Source: a virus. Taken from it: a stretch of DNA of 64,000 bases. This document shows positions 52,690 to 63,791 of the stretch, piece after piece. The notes beneath the pieces were generated by a model, which did not search any database, had not been told where the DNA came from, and worked only from the letters and a program-made list of their open reading frames with translations. Every line of letters begins with the position of its first letter. Within the stretch, counting starts at the first letter, position 1. The translations under genes and the position numbers were made by a program. The DNA is taken from positions 1-64,000 of IMG/VR virus record IMGVR_UViG_3300045988_129625; one strand, written 5' to 3'.

Positions 52690-54260
52690 ATCCCACTATG
52701 ACAAACCCTAATGAGCCAAAAATATCTTTCAACATTAAACAACCAGAGGTGGGATCTCGTTGTTCATTGTTTCTGAAACAAAGATAGGAACAGAATCTTA
52801 AATAGCAAATATTTTAATACTTTTTAAAACGATCAGGGCCCGCATCACTGCGAACCCTGATCTACATTAATCTAAACTAATACCATGAAAAACTTAAATC
52901 TAAAAACTAAAGAACACACAAATGTAGGTGATTATATATCACCTTACGCCAGAAGCGTAAAGTGATACACATTTATACGGAAATCCGTACTGGGTTCCAC
53001 CAAAACCCTCTACCTTCTGGTAACATCGTTACATCAAAGGATTCTTTTTCTGATTTTCTAATGATGTTAAAAGCACCATTAATGTCAGCATTGATGATCT
53101 TACCAAACGAGGTTTTAAACAATCCCCGTTTGGTTCTTCTTCCTTTGTAAGATTCATGTTTGCAAATCCGTTCATTATCCAAAAAGCTACATTTTGAAGT
53201 ATAAGATTCTTCAACAATCTTAACATTAATACCTTCTAATGTTGCTTTATAAGATATCATTGAGATAAACATATTAAAAGGAATAGATACAAAGTTCTGA
53301 TTATTTCGTTTTCCAATATTGATCTCTTGTTTCCAGCATTTGTTATGACCGATTATGATCGTGTTAATACCATTGGAAACTACGTGATTAACCAATATCC
53401 TACTTGCCTTATGAAGATAATCTTTGATCTTATTATTCCTTTTGTTAGTTAATAACCTGATTTGTTTTGAAGTATGTTTATTATCTTTTAATTTAGATTT
53501 TAAATATGAAAGTCTTTTGTTATAATACTGGTTGATAGACTTCAGTGGTCTACCATTGATGATAAAACAAGAACCGTTATTAGAAACACAAGATGCTAAA
53601 TTATCTAATCCTATGTCGATACCAAGATAAGATCCATTATATGACATAAGATCCTTTTCCTTCTTATTGTAAACTATTTCAAGAATAATGTACCCATTCT
53701 TAGGAATGAATCTAAGTTGTTGGATATTTTGTTTATTGGTTCTTGTTGTAAAGGAAAACTGTTTTGGTAACTTAACAATGCCTTGTTTTATCCATTTTTG
53801 AGAAAAAGCATTTGTTGCAAAAACAGCAGGAAACAAACCATCCTTGTTGAGATACTTTGGCATTCTTACTTCCTCATAATACTCACCTCTATTCTTTTTA
53901 TTTAAAAGATTGAAGAACGATTTAAAGTTTCTATCAACCATCATCAACACTTGTTGAGCAACCGGTACTGGTAAAGCACGATAGTCGACATCGTTTTCTG
54001 TTTTTAGTTTCTTTTCAAGAGAATAGTAGTTTAGGTATTTGTATTTTACAGTATTATCATCTTTATATTGAAAATAATGTTGCCTAACAACATACAATCC
54101 TTTGTTGTATAAGTTTTTACACTTATGCAACAGGTCATAAAGTTCATTGTAATAGACAGAACTTGGCTTGATCGTATGTTGTTCAACTAATCTCATGGCA
54201 CAAATGTATGAAAATGTATGCTTTTCACAAAGAATCTGTATCCTATTCTTTTGTGTGATT
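52690..54260 (-). mobile_element. IS605-family TnpB-only element or its relic; ends approximate
   Basis: About 300 bp non-coding 3' of tnpB with three perfect hairpins (GATCAGGG..CCCTGATC, GGTGAT-tatata-ATCACC, CTTACGC-cagaa-GCGTAAG) and ~450 bp non-coding on the 5' side. Confidence 0.35.
52973..54196 (-). CDS. tnpB: divergent TnpB-like protein lacking the canonical RuvC-II Glu and the CxxC zinc finger
   Basis: RuvC-I YLGIDIGLDNLA; the YIFIEDLNIEGMK position of the other TnpB reads TIIIGHNKCWKQE; YTSKCSFLDNERICKHE replaces CxxC..CxxC; RuvC-III INADINGAFNIIRK retained. Confidence 0.8.
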   Translation of the reverse strand: MRLVEQHTIKPSSVYYNELYDLLHKCKNLYNKGLYVVRQHYFQYKDDNTVKYKYLNYYSLEKKLKTENDVDYRALPVPVAQQVLMMVDRNFKSFFNLLNKKNRGEYYEEVRMPKYLNKDGLFPAVFATNAFSQKWIKQGIVKLPKQFSFTTRTNKQNIQQLRFIPKNGYIILEIVYNKKEKDLMSYNGSYLGIDIGLDNLASCVSNNGSCFIINGRPLKSINQYYNKRLSYLKSKLKDNKHTSKQIRLLTNKRNNKIKDYLHKASRILVNHVVSNGINTIIIGHNKCWKQEINIGKRNNQNFVSIPFNMFISMISYKATLEGINVKIVEESYTSKCSFLDNERICKHESYKGRRTKRGLFKTSFGKIINADINGAFNIIRKSEKESFDVTMLPEGRGFWWNPVRISV

Positions 54261-54643
54261 CAAGACATGGGATATAGTTCTGATACTTAATCCGGTTTGA
54301 TTTTGTATCAGATTATAAATATAAGATTTTGAAACTACAGTTCTTAATTGACCTAAATCATTCATAATGTTTTTATACATAAGATGAATGCTGTTGTTAC
54401 GTTTGATGGTACTGATTCTCATTTCCTACTGTTATTAGTTACGTTCGGTTCTTACTTTTTCTTTATTTCCATAATCCCTTCCTGAAACTAATATTGCAAA
54501 CTTAATAAAAATAATTCATAAACAATGAAAATCTAACTTTTCTTGTATGTTGTTGATATACGTGCATATGCAAGAAAAGTGAGACTTTCACAAGCCCCAC
54601 TTCCCAAATTGTAATTATAAAAAACTATATATGTGTACAAAAA

Positions 54644-56899
54644 TTATTTGCATTCTAATTTGTTAAGATCATCCAATTCAGACTTGCTTACGATCATATC
54701 TTGCGTCAAGCCAGATCTGTTTTGGTATGGAGCGTAATCGGTTTCTACCGTCTTAGCCTTCTGAGTAGAATCGTATTTCACCTCCGATTCGGTTCCTGTC
54801 AGATTTTGGTAGATAGAGCCGGAACTACTTTCGCCGACTTTAGTGAACACTATGTTTCCTATTCTGATAAAATTATCATACAAACCTTCTACGATAACAT
54901 TATCATCCTGATTAGTTATGTTATGACCCCGAACCTCATTTAAGAGATTAGGATGTTTTGTAAAAAGATCGTGATAGAAATCAGAACCGGCATATAACAT
55001 ATCATAATAATCCAAATAGAACAGATCTGTAAAAGAAGGATCGGTGCTGCTCATGCTATACTCAAATAACTGCTCACGATCATTACCTGCCAAAGATAGT
55101 TCAATTTGTTTTAACGTATCCGGATCTGAAACGGTAAGACCCAGCAAATGATCCGGTTTGAAATCAAGATACTTGTATGCCCCTTCATACACTTCCGTAT
55201 TATGAAGCTTATTTTCAAGATAAGATTGGTATAAATCGAATAAGAGTAAAGGATTCTCTTTGTCCTGCTTTCTGTTTATGTATCGGCTAAACTCCCGTTC
55301 TTCATTAACATACGGACTTTCAGGAATAACAAGATGACCGAACGCCAATCTGGTAGCATTCATCTCTTCCGTATTCTGAGAATCGGTATAAGACAGAGTG
55401 TATTTTTTAATAGAATCAGCAAGGACCTTACTATCTACGTTTTCCACGCGGCGCTTATCTAAAACACCATCCTTAAAACAATATTCAGGATAGATACCAG
55501 GTGGGAAATAAGTTAGACTCCGCTTGGCAAGCTCGGCAGCTATATCGTACAAATCACCTAAATTATCTCTTTCTACCTTATGATATAGGTTTCCACCAAG
55601 ATAAAGCAGAGAATGATTTTCAAATGCCGATACCGGATCTATGTCAGATTCCATATAAACGATATTCATATTATCCATATACTCTGGCAGAAACATAACA
55701 CGGCTATCCCTGCTATCTCCAAGAACATCATCAATAGCAGAAGCTAAGGTAGGAGCATAAGTGTCATCGTTGTGCCTTGCTACATAAATATCGAGATCCA
55801 ACATCAAGCTATCAATTTTATTCAGCGATTCTTCTGTTCCGTCGTATGCTTTAGACGCCCCTACGATATCTATACCAAGACCCACACAAGCCTCTTCTAC
55901 GTCCCATATCATACTTCTAAGGTCTTCTTCTGTATCAGCATTAACCCTATTTAGAAAGGCTGATATACGAGCCCGTAATGACTCAGCATTAATAGGGCTA
56001 TAATAAGCATAATCTTGCAACTTTGACAATGACCGTCTCTTCCCTTCTACGATATTATTATCTTCTAAAGCCACAACCGGAACGATGTTCATATTCGAAA
56101 ATTCGTTGAACATCGACAAGACAAAACTCTTATCCGACTGATATCTTTCAACTAACTCCGGATATGAATCAGATAAAGATTCGAAAGCAGCATCAAACTC
56201 TGAAGCAACACTAATACCTCCTACTGTATTTTTTATAACCTCGTAAACTTCAGCCGGATTGTATGATGCTCTCTTTCCTAATTTATTGAAGACGCCATTT
56301 TTATACACAACAGGACCGTATGGTTTTTCTACGGTTGTGAAGTAAGACTCTTTCCCGAGATCGTGTTCGTTATTAGAATAGTCTAATAATAGCCTCATAA
56401 AAGAGCTGACCTCATTAAGTACAGAAGGATTATCTAATATCCTACTTATTTCCGTCTCATTATACAAACCGGATCTCCTTAGATTTTCTTCATTTAGGAT
56501 AAGATTGCCATCCACATAAAAAGAGCTTCTAACTCTATTAATAAGAGATCGTATGCTATATATGGAATTGGATATCATAACATCTCTTACGTCCTTAACA
56601 TCCTGAGCCGTTAAAGGATCGGAAAAATAAGCCTGACGCTTCATATACGACAGCACGTCTTCTAAAAGAGGTTCGCCATTGAGATCGGTATTAAACATCT
56701 CCCCTGGAGCCGGGTTATTCCAATGACCATAATACGACAAAAAATCAGAGGTGTAAGCCTTAGCCCATACCTGAAGAGCTCGCTCACTATTTCCTAATAA
56801 TTTTAAGGCACTTTCGTAAAGAACGGAAGGCTCACCGTTAGGAGCCTCAACCCGTTCTATTTTATTTTCCTTTTTTTCTATCTGACATTTGACGCCCAT
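54644..56899 (-). CDS. large hypothetical protein (751 aa), probably virion-associated
   Basis: Uninterrupted ORF in the late module. Confidence 0.6.
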   Translation of the reverse strand: MGVKCQIEKKENKIERVEAPNGEPSVLYESALKLLGNSERALQVWAKAYTSDFLSYYGHWNNPAPGEMFNTDLNGEPLLEDVLSYMKRQAYFSDPLTAQDVKDVRDVMISNSIYSIRSLINRVRSSFYVDGNLILNEENLRRSGLYNETEISRILDNPSVLNEVSSFMRLLLDYSNNEHDLGKESYFTTVEKPYGPVVYKNGVFNKLGKRASYNPAEVYEVIKNTVGGISVASEFDAAFESLSDSYPELVERYQSDKSFVLSMFNEFSNMNIVPVVALEDNNIVEGKRRSLSKLQDYAYYSPINAESLRARISAFLNRVNADTEEDLRSMIWDVEEACVGLGIDIVGASKAYDGTEESLNKIDSLMLDLDIYVARHNDDTYAPTLASAIDDVLGDSRDSRVMFLPEYMDNMNIVYMESDIDPVSAFENHSLLYLGGNLYHKVERDNLGDLYDIAAELAKRSLTYFPPGIYPEYCFKDGVLDKRRVENVDSKVLADSIKKYTLSYTDSQNTEEMNATRLAFGHLVIPESPYVNEEREFSRYINRKQDKENPLLLFDLYQSYLENKLHNTEVYEGAYKYLDFKPDHLLGLTVSDPDTLKQIELSLAGNDREQLFEYSMSSTDPSFTDLFYLDYYDMLYAGSDFYHDLFTKHPNLLNEVRGHNITNQDDNVIVEGLYDNFIRIGNIVFTKVGESSSGSIYQNLTGTESEVKYDSTQKAKTVETDYAPYQNRSGLTQDMIVSKSELDDLNKLECK

Positions 56900-56925
56900 A
56901 GTGATTAACTTTTTTGCAAAGTTAA

Positions 56926-57465
56926 TTATAAAATCGACTTATACAATGACGGATCCCAAACTCCTTCTATATAAATCTCTGGAAAACTCAAACCGCCATC
57001 ACGAAGAGTAGTAACTTCCAAACTGGGAATATTAAAAACAGTGCAAACATCACCAAACTCACGGCTCAACTTAATAGCATTTCCGCTGTTATTAGCTTCA
57101 TAATAACAATAACAATAATTTTCATTAATGTTTGGATCATATTCGTACCAATATGTTAGATCCTGTATATGATCTTCTATATTACCAATTTTATTTTCAC
57201 CTAATATAAAAATACCATTATTGCTATGATTATAAACCATAGATTCATAACCACCATGATTCCAATCACTATTAAACATTATGTAACTAACATCAGAATC
57301 ATGATCTTTTAACACAGGTCCTATATGTATATGAATTTTATTAAACTGACATACATAAGATCTTTTTCCTCCAAGCCTTTTTATATCCTCATTAGATAAC
57401 TTATTATAACATCCTCCCACGAAATTATCCGCAGCATTAAAAAATCTCCTTCTCATACTCAACAC
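56926..57465 (-). CDS. hypothetical protein (179 aa)
   Basis: Start overlaps upstream gene end by 7 nt. Confidence 0.55.
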   Translation of the reverse strand: MLSMRRRFFNAADNFVGGCYNKLSNEDIKRLGGKRSYVCQFNKIHIHIGPVLKDHDSDVSYIMFNSDWNHGGYESMVYNHSNNGIFILGENKIGNIEDHIQDLTYWYEYDPNINENYCYCYYEANNSGNAIKLSREFGDVCTVFNIPSLEVTTLRDGGLSFPEIYIEGVWDPSLYKSIL

Positions 57466-60400
57466 TCCTTATTTAACTCATTTATCGAATCCGAATTATC
57501 AGAACCTTCTACAAGATTCTTATTCCTATCTATCTCTTCCTGGCTCATATTACTAATCATATTTTGTATTTTCCTACCAGATTGAGATAAAGAACGGATG
57601 AATGCACTGGAACTTATCTTAACTCCAAGATCCGGTTTTGCCCTAAACGCTTCACCGGTACTGATATTATACAAATCATACACACCTGAGTTCATATAGA
57701 ATTTATATATCCAGTTTCCACCAGCTTTTTTGTACCCTAATTTGGTTAGCTCGACTACACTCATACCAAATTTAATTCCATTACGACCCATTATCTTCTC
57801 CGGTATAGGTTCTACCTTAGCCGGAACAGATGAATATGCTTCGTCACCTCCGTACAGAAAATAAGGGGTTGTCACCCTTGATATGTAAGTAAGCGGTTCT
57901 TCGGATATACGAGGTTCGTCTTTTTCTATTTCTCCTTTTGTATATCCAGGTAATTCGACATTTCCTTTAACTTCGACATTTGTTCTGGATTGTCCTTTGC
58001 CTTCTCCATCTCCCTTTTTATCGCCATCTTCCTCAGTGCGTACTGCACCGCCTCCTGTACTTCCTTCTTTTCCATCATTTAAAATATTATCTGATTCTGA
58101 CTCTATAGACTCCACAACGGTATCATACCCTGGTATGCCGCTAAGGAAATCTGCTACGTTATTCAAAAACTCTATTTTTTCCTCGTTTGTCATATTAAGA
58201 CTTTCCACGGGCTCCCATATAGCAGGCAAGTTATTTGATTTTATTGCAGTAGAAACATCTTCTACAGTTTGATTATCCACCGTAGGCAAAACTTTAGAAA
58301 CCAGACTATTAATATCAGATTCCATTTTTTCTACTTCCTCTTTTGTGCCATATTCTTTTAGGGTATCCATGCCATTGACTCTAAGAGAATAATTCAAAGC
58401 CTTACTCGGAACAAAATTAATATATTTCAAAAAGTTTTTCAACTCTGATATAATTTGTTCGTCAGATCTTGGCCCAACATAATCAACCACCACCTGATCT
58501 GTTTGAGAACGAAGCCAAGAAACGTATTCATCTAAGGTCTTACCACCTTTCTTAGAAGGAGTGGATATTTTATCACCTACTGTTCCTTTAGGTTCTAATC
58601 CCATTTCCTCCTTAAGACTTTTAGGATTACCTCTCTCACGAAGAAACCTCAAGTCACCTCCTACAATCTTCCTTGCTATAAAATCAAAAATATTAGCATA
58701 AAGCGGCAATCCCTCTTTTTCTGTATGAGATTCTATTTCACTCAACATAATAGAGAAGTTTTTCCTGGAGGTACGCTTCTTGCCAGGTAAAGACTGCGTA
58801 GCTTGTGCCGCAGGAGCCGGCTGGGCTAATGGCGCTGGCTGAGTCTCCCGGACAGCCCCTTCCTCTGGCATTTCCTCTTCATAAACATCCACGTCTTCCT
58901 TAGAAGTAACGGTCTTACCCTCATCAGAGAAAGGAAGATCATCCTCTATAAGTGATTTAGGTCTTGAAGATGATTTACCAAACTGGATCCTGATCTTAGG
59001 AGCGACAAACATCTCACCTTCGAAATCTATTCCAGATTCTACTTCAGACGTCACAATGTCTTTCACATTCCTGCTTTCATCTTCTACCCACTTAACAACA
59101 TCAGGAACCGTAGATAATTTCTCTATAGCCTCACGAGCTTTTCTAAGCCCTGAAATAGGATTCAAATACGATACTTGATACGAAGCCGGATCAAGGCCTA
59201 ACTTGGTTAGATACGCATTAAGATCTTGTATATCATCTTGACCCATCTGTAGCAATTCAGAATCACCAGATTCAAGCAGCATATCTATAAAAGACATCCA
59301 TTTCTGCCCTTCCTCTGATTCTACAGAACGTAGGCTAACTGGGAAAAGATAATTAAGACCGTTTTTACCTTTGATGACAACTACCGGAACTCTTACATTT
59401 TTGTAATTATTCCCCTTGTCATTTAATATAGAATAAGCAAATGGGAAGCCTGTGTATTTAGATCCGTTCTTAAGCACGACTTTGCCATTTAATACATATC
59501 CGACATCAGATACTTTTTCAGCACCTTTTTCGGTAATAGGGAGATTTTCTACCTGGCCATATCCTTGACCGTTTACCTTCATGTTAAACACCGGTCTTCC
59601 GGGGAGGGTCTGGGCAACAACATGCGTTCCGACGCCGATGGTGGCCGACCGACCAGCATCTTTCTTCCACTTGTTAAAAGCCGTTCTTCTTATTTTACTT
59701 ATACCGTCTATGCCCCCTGTGTCAGCTTTTACAACAGAAACGAATCTGTTCCCACTCATGACCTTGATAACCATATTGGACACCAGTTTATTCTCAGCAG
59801 ATTCTATTCTTTTTTTATCGCCGGACTGAACAGCATCATTGTATTCGGTAAAAAGAGACTGATTATAGGTATCATTTACATCTATTTCGAGATTAACCTT
59901 ATCTCCTTTTTTCAAAGAAGATAATGCTTCCTGATCTATTTTATCTACTTCATTCTCTCCGAATCCGACACCCGTTCTGTACGGAACCAACTCATCTGAA
60001 TCAAGACGCTTATAAACCAAAGAATATGAATTACCCACGTCCTGAATAGACACGTCTGTGTAGCGATTAAGAACACGAGCCGATTCTTTGTCTATAGACC
60101 ATCTCGCATGATAAGGCAGTTCAATTATAGTAGCCGTTTCCCCACCTATGTTAAGAGAATACCTTTTAGTGCCATTAGCGTTCGTTTCAGAGCTTATTTG
60201 AATAGGAACCAATGATTTTATGGAAGATATAAATTTATCGGCTCTAAGACCCGCAATTTCATACCTTTCATTGCCATCATTAGAGATTCTTCTTACCATC
60301 AACGTCTCTGGATTCTGGGCGCTATCTATATTGGCTCCCGGTGTATTATCGGATTCATCTAACTCATTTACAAGAGAATCTATATTAGCATCATCCTCCC

Positions 60401-63400
60401 CAAAATTACTTAACGTAGATTCGGAAATACGACCTTTATCAATAATCCTGTTTTGTTCGATATAAGGAAGGAGATCTGTGATGTTTCCAACTTGACCAAG
60501 ATCTTCTATAGTAAATACCGAATCAGCAAGCTTATCTTCGTCAACTTCCTCCCCTTTATCTCGTCTGTTCATTATATCAACATACGAAGAAATAGCATCA
60601 TCAAGTTCCTTCCTTTGATCTGGTTCCAAATTAGATTTAGCCATATCAATAATAGCTTTATTATCCTCATACACAGGTCTAGGACTTGTAAGCCTGTCAG
60701 CCTTTTCAGATAATGATTTTATGAGATTAACGGGACTGTCACCCAAAGACGATACATAATCATCAAAATCTTGTTTGTATTTATCATACACATCTTTTTC
60801 TCTCGCAGTAAGAAGGTCGGCATTACCTGTATATAGTTTATCAATTATAGACTGCCTTACGACCGGAACCATAATAGGATTATCCATAGCAGCCTCATAA
60901 TCTTCATCCGATACAGACTCCGTAAGCGGTGACTCTTTTATATCGTCTTCTGCTTCCTTCATCCTATCTTCCCTTACTTTATCAAGAGCATGCATAAAAG
61001 CCTTGATAGTCCAAGCTTCGTCTTCCGAAATCTTACCTTCTGACACAGCTTGATCTACTACCTCATCAGTGTCATATTCACCAACTTTATTAGGCTCTGC
61101 AAAATCAGGAACCTTATCATCCCCCTTATAAGGAGTAGACCATAGAGAAGACAGCGCTTTTGAAAACCCCCTGTTTTCCTCAGCTAAGAATCTTTTATCA
61201 AGCATCTTAGACAAGAAGTTATTCATATTCCTATAGTCCATCAAACTTCTTCGGTATTCATTTACCAAGGATCTCATGGCTTTGTCTTTGGCTGTAAACT
61301 TCTTTTCCTGTCTTGATTTTACATTGAAATAATCATCAAAAGCTACAAGCGTATCATAGGCCTCTATTACATCTTGTGAACTTATAGGAGAAAGAGGTGA
61401 TGATAAAACAGATTCGGTTCTACTTGCCAACTCTTCTATCGAAAACTCTTTTCCTATTAACGTTGATAACTCAGACAACGAATTGTTGTAATTGGTTCTA
61501 AGACTTTCCAATTCTTTGGTTTTTCGTTGTATAGATTCAGCTTGTGGATCTTTTCCATCTACGTTACGAGGACGAGTAGCAAGATCTTCTATTTCGGATT
61601 CAAGTTCTTCTATCCTTGACCGTATGCCACGGATAGCCATCGCCCGCTCCCTTGCCCTGTCCGACAGCCGGGAGAACGTACTTAGTGCATATGCCACGCG
61701 AGGCTGACCCGAAAGCGTTTCTATGACAGAAGCTATGTCTTTCATTCTTGATTCCGATTGAAGACCAAGAAAAGCATTACGAGCCACGTATTTTCTAAAC
61801 TCAATCTTAGAATCATCACCTATAAGATCTTCGGCAAAACTCTGGGCAGATCTGAAATCCGAAAGACGATTATTATAATTATCAATAATAGAATCCTTGT
61901 ATTTCTTTGCCTCTTCCAAAGACATTCCGTTGGCTTCGGCTATTTCCGAAATAGGCATCATATCAACCATCTGCCTGAAATTTTCAGCCGAATCCTCTAA
62001 GGTTCCCATTTGGTTGTCAATCGACATCTTTTCAAACATTGCATCATCAAGCTCCTTGCCGGTCATAGACTGAGCATCGGAACGAACTTGAGGCCCTAAA
62101 CTCATTGACTTTTTCAACGTATTCAAAGCCGCCGTATTAAGATTAGAAGATGCTTTGTTATATTCATTTACTTGCCTTTCCAGCAATATCTGATTATTAC
62201 TATACTCTTTCACTCCAAAGAAGCCTTCCCTCATACCAAACAAAGAACCGATAATAGCACCGATTCCTATTTCAGTCCATCCTTCTTTAGACGTATATTG
62301 TTTTTTAAATCCTTCAGAAATAGCATCAAGAACATCAACGGCCCCGTTCATAGCAACATTGTCATATCTTGACTTAACATATTCCTCAGCCGTATTCTGG
62401 ACAGCACCTTGAGATCCTTCTTCCCATAATCCTTCAGATACCGGTCTTTTCATGATATTGAAAACATTGCCTGCTATCTTCTGTCCTATATTGGGATTGG
62501 TTATTTTAATAGCCATCTCTCCCGGCTTCGCAACTTCCGTCCCTAATCCAAATAAATGCTTGTTGAGCTTCTTTTCCAACCCAGGTATAGCCTTGCCTCC
62601 TAACCCTATATACTTACCGAAAAGAAGCCAGTTAGATAATCCTACGATACCCATATTGGCGGCAAATATAGCACTGCCTACATCAGCATTAGAATTACGA
62701 AAAACAGCCATTTCCTCTGCATTGGGATCACGACCATAAATCTTACGATAATAATCCTTAAAATCAGACTCAGATTGCTTCATAAAAGAATTTGCTTCAA
62801 CCGATGACTCGAATCCAGCACTGGTAGCCAACAACGTCATGGTCTTAGCCGCCTCCCCTACATTTCTTCCGGTGGCAACTCCTTTTCTCACATAGTCGTT
62901 AAACACGCTTTTAAGGCTTCCTATTCCCCTATTGGCAGCTTGCCTTACTGCCAACTTAGCTCCGATTCTTCCACCTAATTTAGCACCTATATTGCCCAAT
63001 GATCCAACTCCAAGTCCTCCGGTCATGTAAGCTGATATCATGGCCCCTACGGTAAAAGACATACCATTACCGAGGACGTCATTCCACAAGAAATTACCGG
63101 TATCCTTAAAAAGCTTCTGACCAAAATTATAATCTTCTACCTCTTTCTTGTAATAATGGGGAAGAAGCATGTCTATTTGCTGGTCAAGATCACCTACAAA
63201 CTTATCCATGTTAGTGTTTAACGCAGCTTTGTAACTTCCCTCAGATGCCATATTGATAAGTTTGTCAGGCAATGACACAACTCCTTGTGCACCGTATAAT
63301 GCAGACTTTAAAGCGAATTTACCTACACCATTCCAAAACTTGCTCCATCCGCTCTGTCTTCTGGCATAATAATCCTCATTGTTTATACCTGGAATATAAT

Positions 63401-63791
63401 TGGGATATTTTGTACGCCATACCCCATCATTACCCATCTGATGACTTTCACGGATACTTACCTTTGGTCCATAAGGATTAAGAGGCGGCGGCGCAGGTGT
63501 AGCCCCCCTGTAGCTGTTACGAGCCAGTGCCTCCGAGTAGCTGTTGCTTATCTCCTTGGCTATATACGGTTCTTCGTATTCGGCAGCAGCTATCCTTGAT
63601 GCGTAATCCGGAAATTTAGGTTGGGCATACACACCTTCACCAGGCATATAATTAGGAACCAGAGGCGTTGTCGTCTCTGGTAATGTAGCCGGAGTGTAAT
63701 TCTCTTCTTCGGCTAATTTCCTTTGCCTTGCCACATCTTCGTAAGTGGTTTTAGCAGCAGGATTATATCTATCTATGTTATTATCAGCCAT
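57459..63791 (-). CDS. giant protein (2110 aa) with Gly-zipper membrane-like segments; putative ejected/tape-measure-like protein
   Basis: Segments FTVGAMISAYMTGGLGVGSLGNIGAKLGGRIGAKLA and GIGAIIGSLFG; Pro-rich N-terminus; long acidic coiled regions. Confidence 0.6.
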   Translation of the reverse strand: MADNNIDRYNPAAKTTYEDVARQRKLAEEENYTPATLPETTTPLVPNYMPGEGVYAQPKFPDYASRIAAAEYEEPYIAKEISNSYSEALARNSYRGATPAPPPLNPYGPKVSIRESHQMGNDGVWRTKYPNYIPGINNEDYYARRQSGWSKFWNGVGKFALKSALYGAQGVVSLPDKLINMASEGSYKAALNTNMDKFVGDLDQQIDMLLPHYYKKEVEDYNFGQKLFKDTGNFLWNDVLGNGMSFTVGAMISAYMTGGLGVGSLGNIGAKLGGRIGAKLAVRQAANRGIGSLKSVFNDYVRKGVATGRNVGEAAKTMTLLATSAGFESSVEANSFMKQSESDFKDYYRKIYGRDPNAEEMAVFRNSNADVGSAIFAANMGIVGLSNWLLFGKYIGLGGKAIPGLEKKLNKHLFGLGTEVAKPGEMAIKITNPNIGQKIAGNVFNIMKRPVSEGLWEEGSQGAVQNTAEEYVKSRYDNVAMNGAVDVLDAISEGFKKQYTSKEGWTEIGIGAIIGSLFGMREGFFGVKEYSNNQILLERQVNEYNKASSNLNTAALNTLKKSMSLGPQVRSDAQSMTGKELDDAMFEKMSIDNQMGTLEDSAENFRQMVDMMPISEIAEANGMSLEEAKKYKDSIIDNYNNRLSDFRSAQSFAEDLIGDDSKIEFRKYVARNAFLGLQSESRMKDIASVIETLSGQPRVAYALSTFSRLSDRARERAMAIRGIRSRIEELESEIEDLATRPRNVDGKDPQAESIQRKTKELESLRTNYNNSLSELSTLIGKEFSIEELASRTESVLSSPLSPISSQDVIEAYDTLVAFDDYFNVKSRQEKKFTAKDKAMRSLVNEYRRSLMDYRNMNNFLSKMLDKRFLAEENRGFSKALSSLWSTPYKGDDKVPDFAEPNKVGEYDTDEVVDQAVSEGKISEDEAWTIKAFMHALDKVREDRMKEAEDDIKESPLTESVSDEDYEAAMDNPIMVPVVRQSIIDKLYTGNADLLTAREKDVYDKYKQDFDDYVSSLGDSPVNLIKSLSEKADRLTSPRPVYEDNKAIIDMAKSNLEPDQRKELDDAISSYVDIMNRRDKGEEVDEDKLADSVFTIEDLGQVGNITDLLPYIEQNRIIDKGRISESTLSNFGEDDANIDSLVNELDESDNTPGANIDSAQNPETLMVRRISNDGNERYEIAGLRADKFISSIKSLVPIQISSETNANGTKRYSLNIGGETATIIELPYHARWSIDKESARVLNRYTDVSIQDVGNSYSLVYKRLDSDELVPYRTGVGFGENEVDKIDQEALSSLKKGDKVNLEIDVNDTYNQSLFTEYNDAVQSGDKKRIESAENKLVSNMVIKVMSGNRFVSVVKADTGGIDGISKIRRTAFNKWKKDAGRSATIGVGTHVVAQTLPGRPVFNMKVNGQGYGQVENLPITEKGAEKVSDVGYVLNGKVVLKNGSKYTGFPFAYSILNDKGNNYKNVRVPVVVIKGKNGLNYLFPVSLRSVESEEGQKWMSFIDMLLESGDSELLQMGQDDIQDLNAYLTKLGLDPASYQVSYLNPISGLRKAREAIEKLSTVPDVVKWVEDESRNVKDIVTSEVESGIDFEGEMFVAPKIRIQFGKSSSRPKSLIEDDLPFSDEGKTVTSKEDVDVYEEEMPEEGAVRETQPAPLAQPAPAAQATQSLPGKKRTSRKNFSIMLSEIESHTEKEGLPLYANIFDFIARKIVGGDLRFLRERGNPKSLKEEMGLEPKGTVGDKISTPSKKGGKTLDEYVSWLRSQTDQVVVDYVGPRSDEQIISELKNFLKYINFVPSKALNYSLRVNGMDTLKEYGTKEEVEKMESDINSLVSKVLPTVDNQTVEDVSTAIKSNNLPAIWEPVESLNMTNEEKIEFLNNVADFLSGIPGYDTVVESIESESDNILNDGKEGSTGGGAVRTEEDGDKKGDGEGKGQSRTNVEVKGNVELPGYTKGEIEKDEPRISEEPLTYISRVTTPYFLYGGDEAYSSVPAKVEPIPEKIMGRNGIKFGMSVVELTKLGYKKAGGNWIYKFYMNSGVYDLYNISTGEAFRAKPDLGVKISSSAFIRSLSQSGRKIQNMISNMSQEEIDRNKNLVEGSDNSDSINELNKEC

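Noticed and set aside
54197-54643. Additional gene in the 447-bp gap upstream of the divergent tnpB
   Set aside because: There is no ORF of 60 aa or more and the gap is AT-rich. It is more likely the IS left-end or promoter region plus the terminator of the 751-aa gene.
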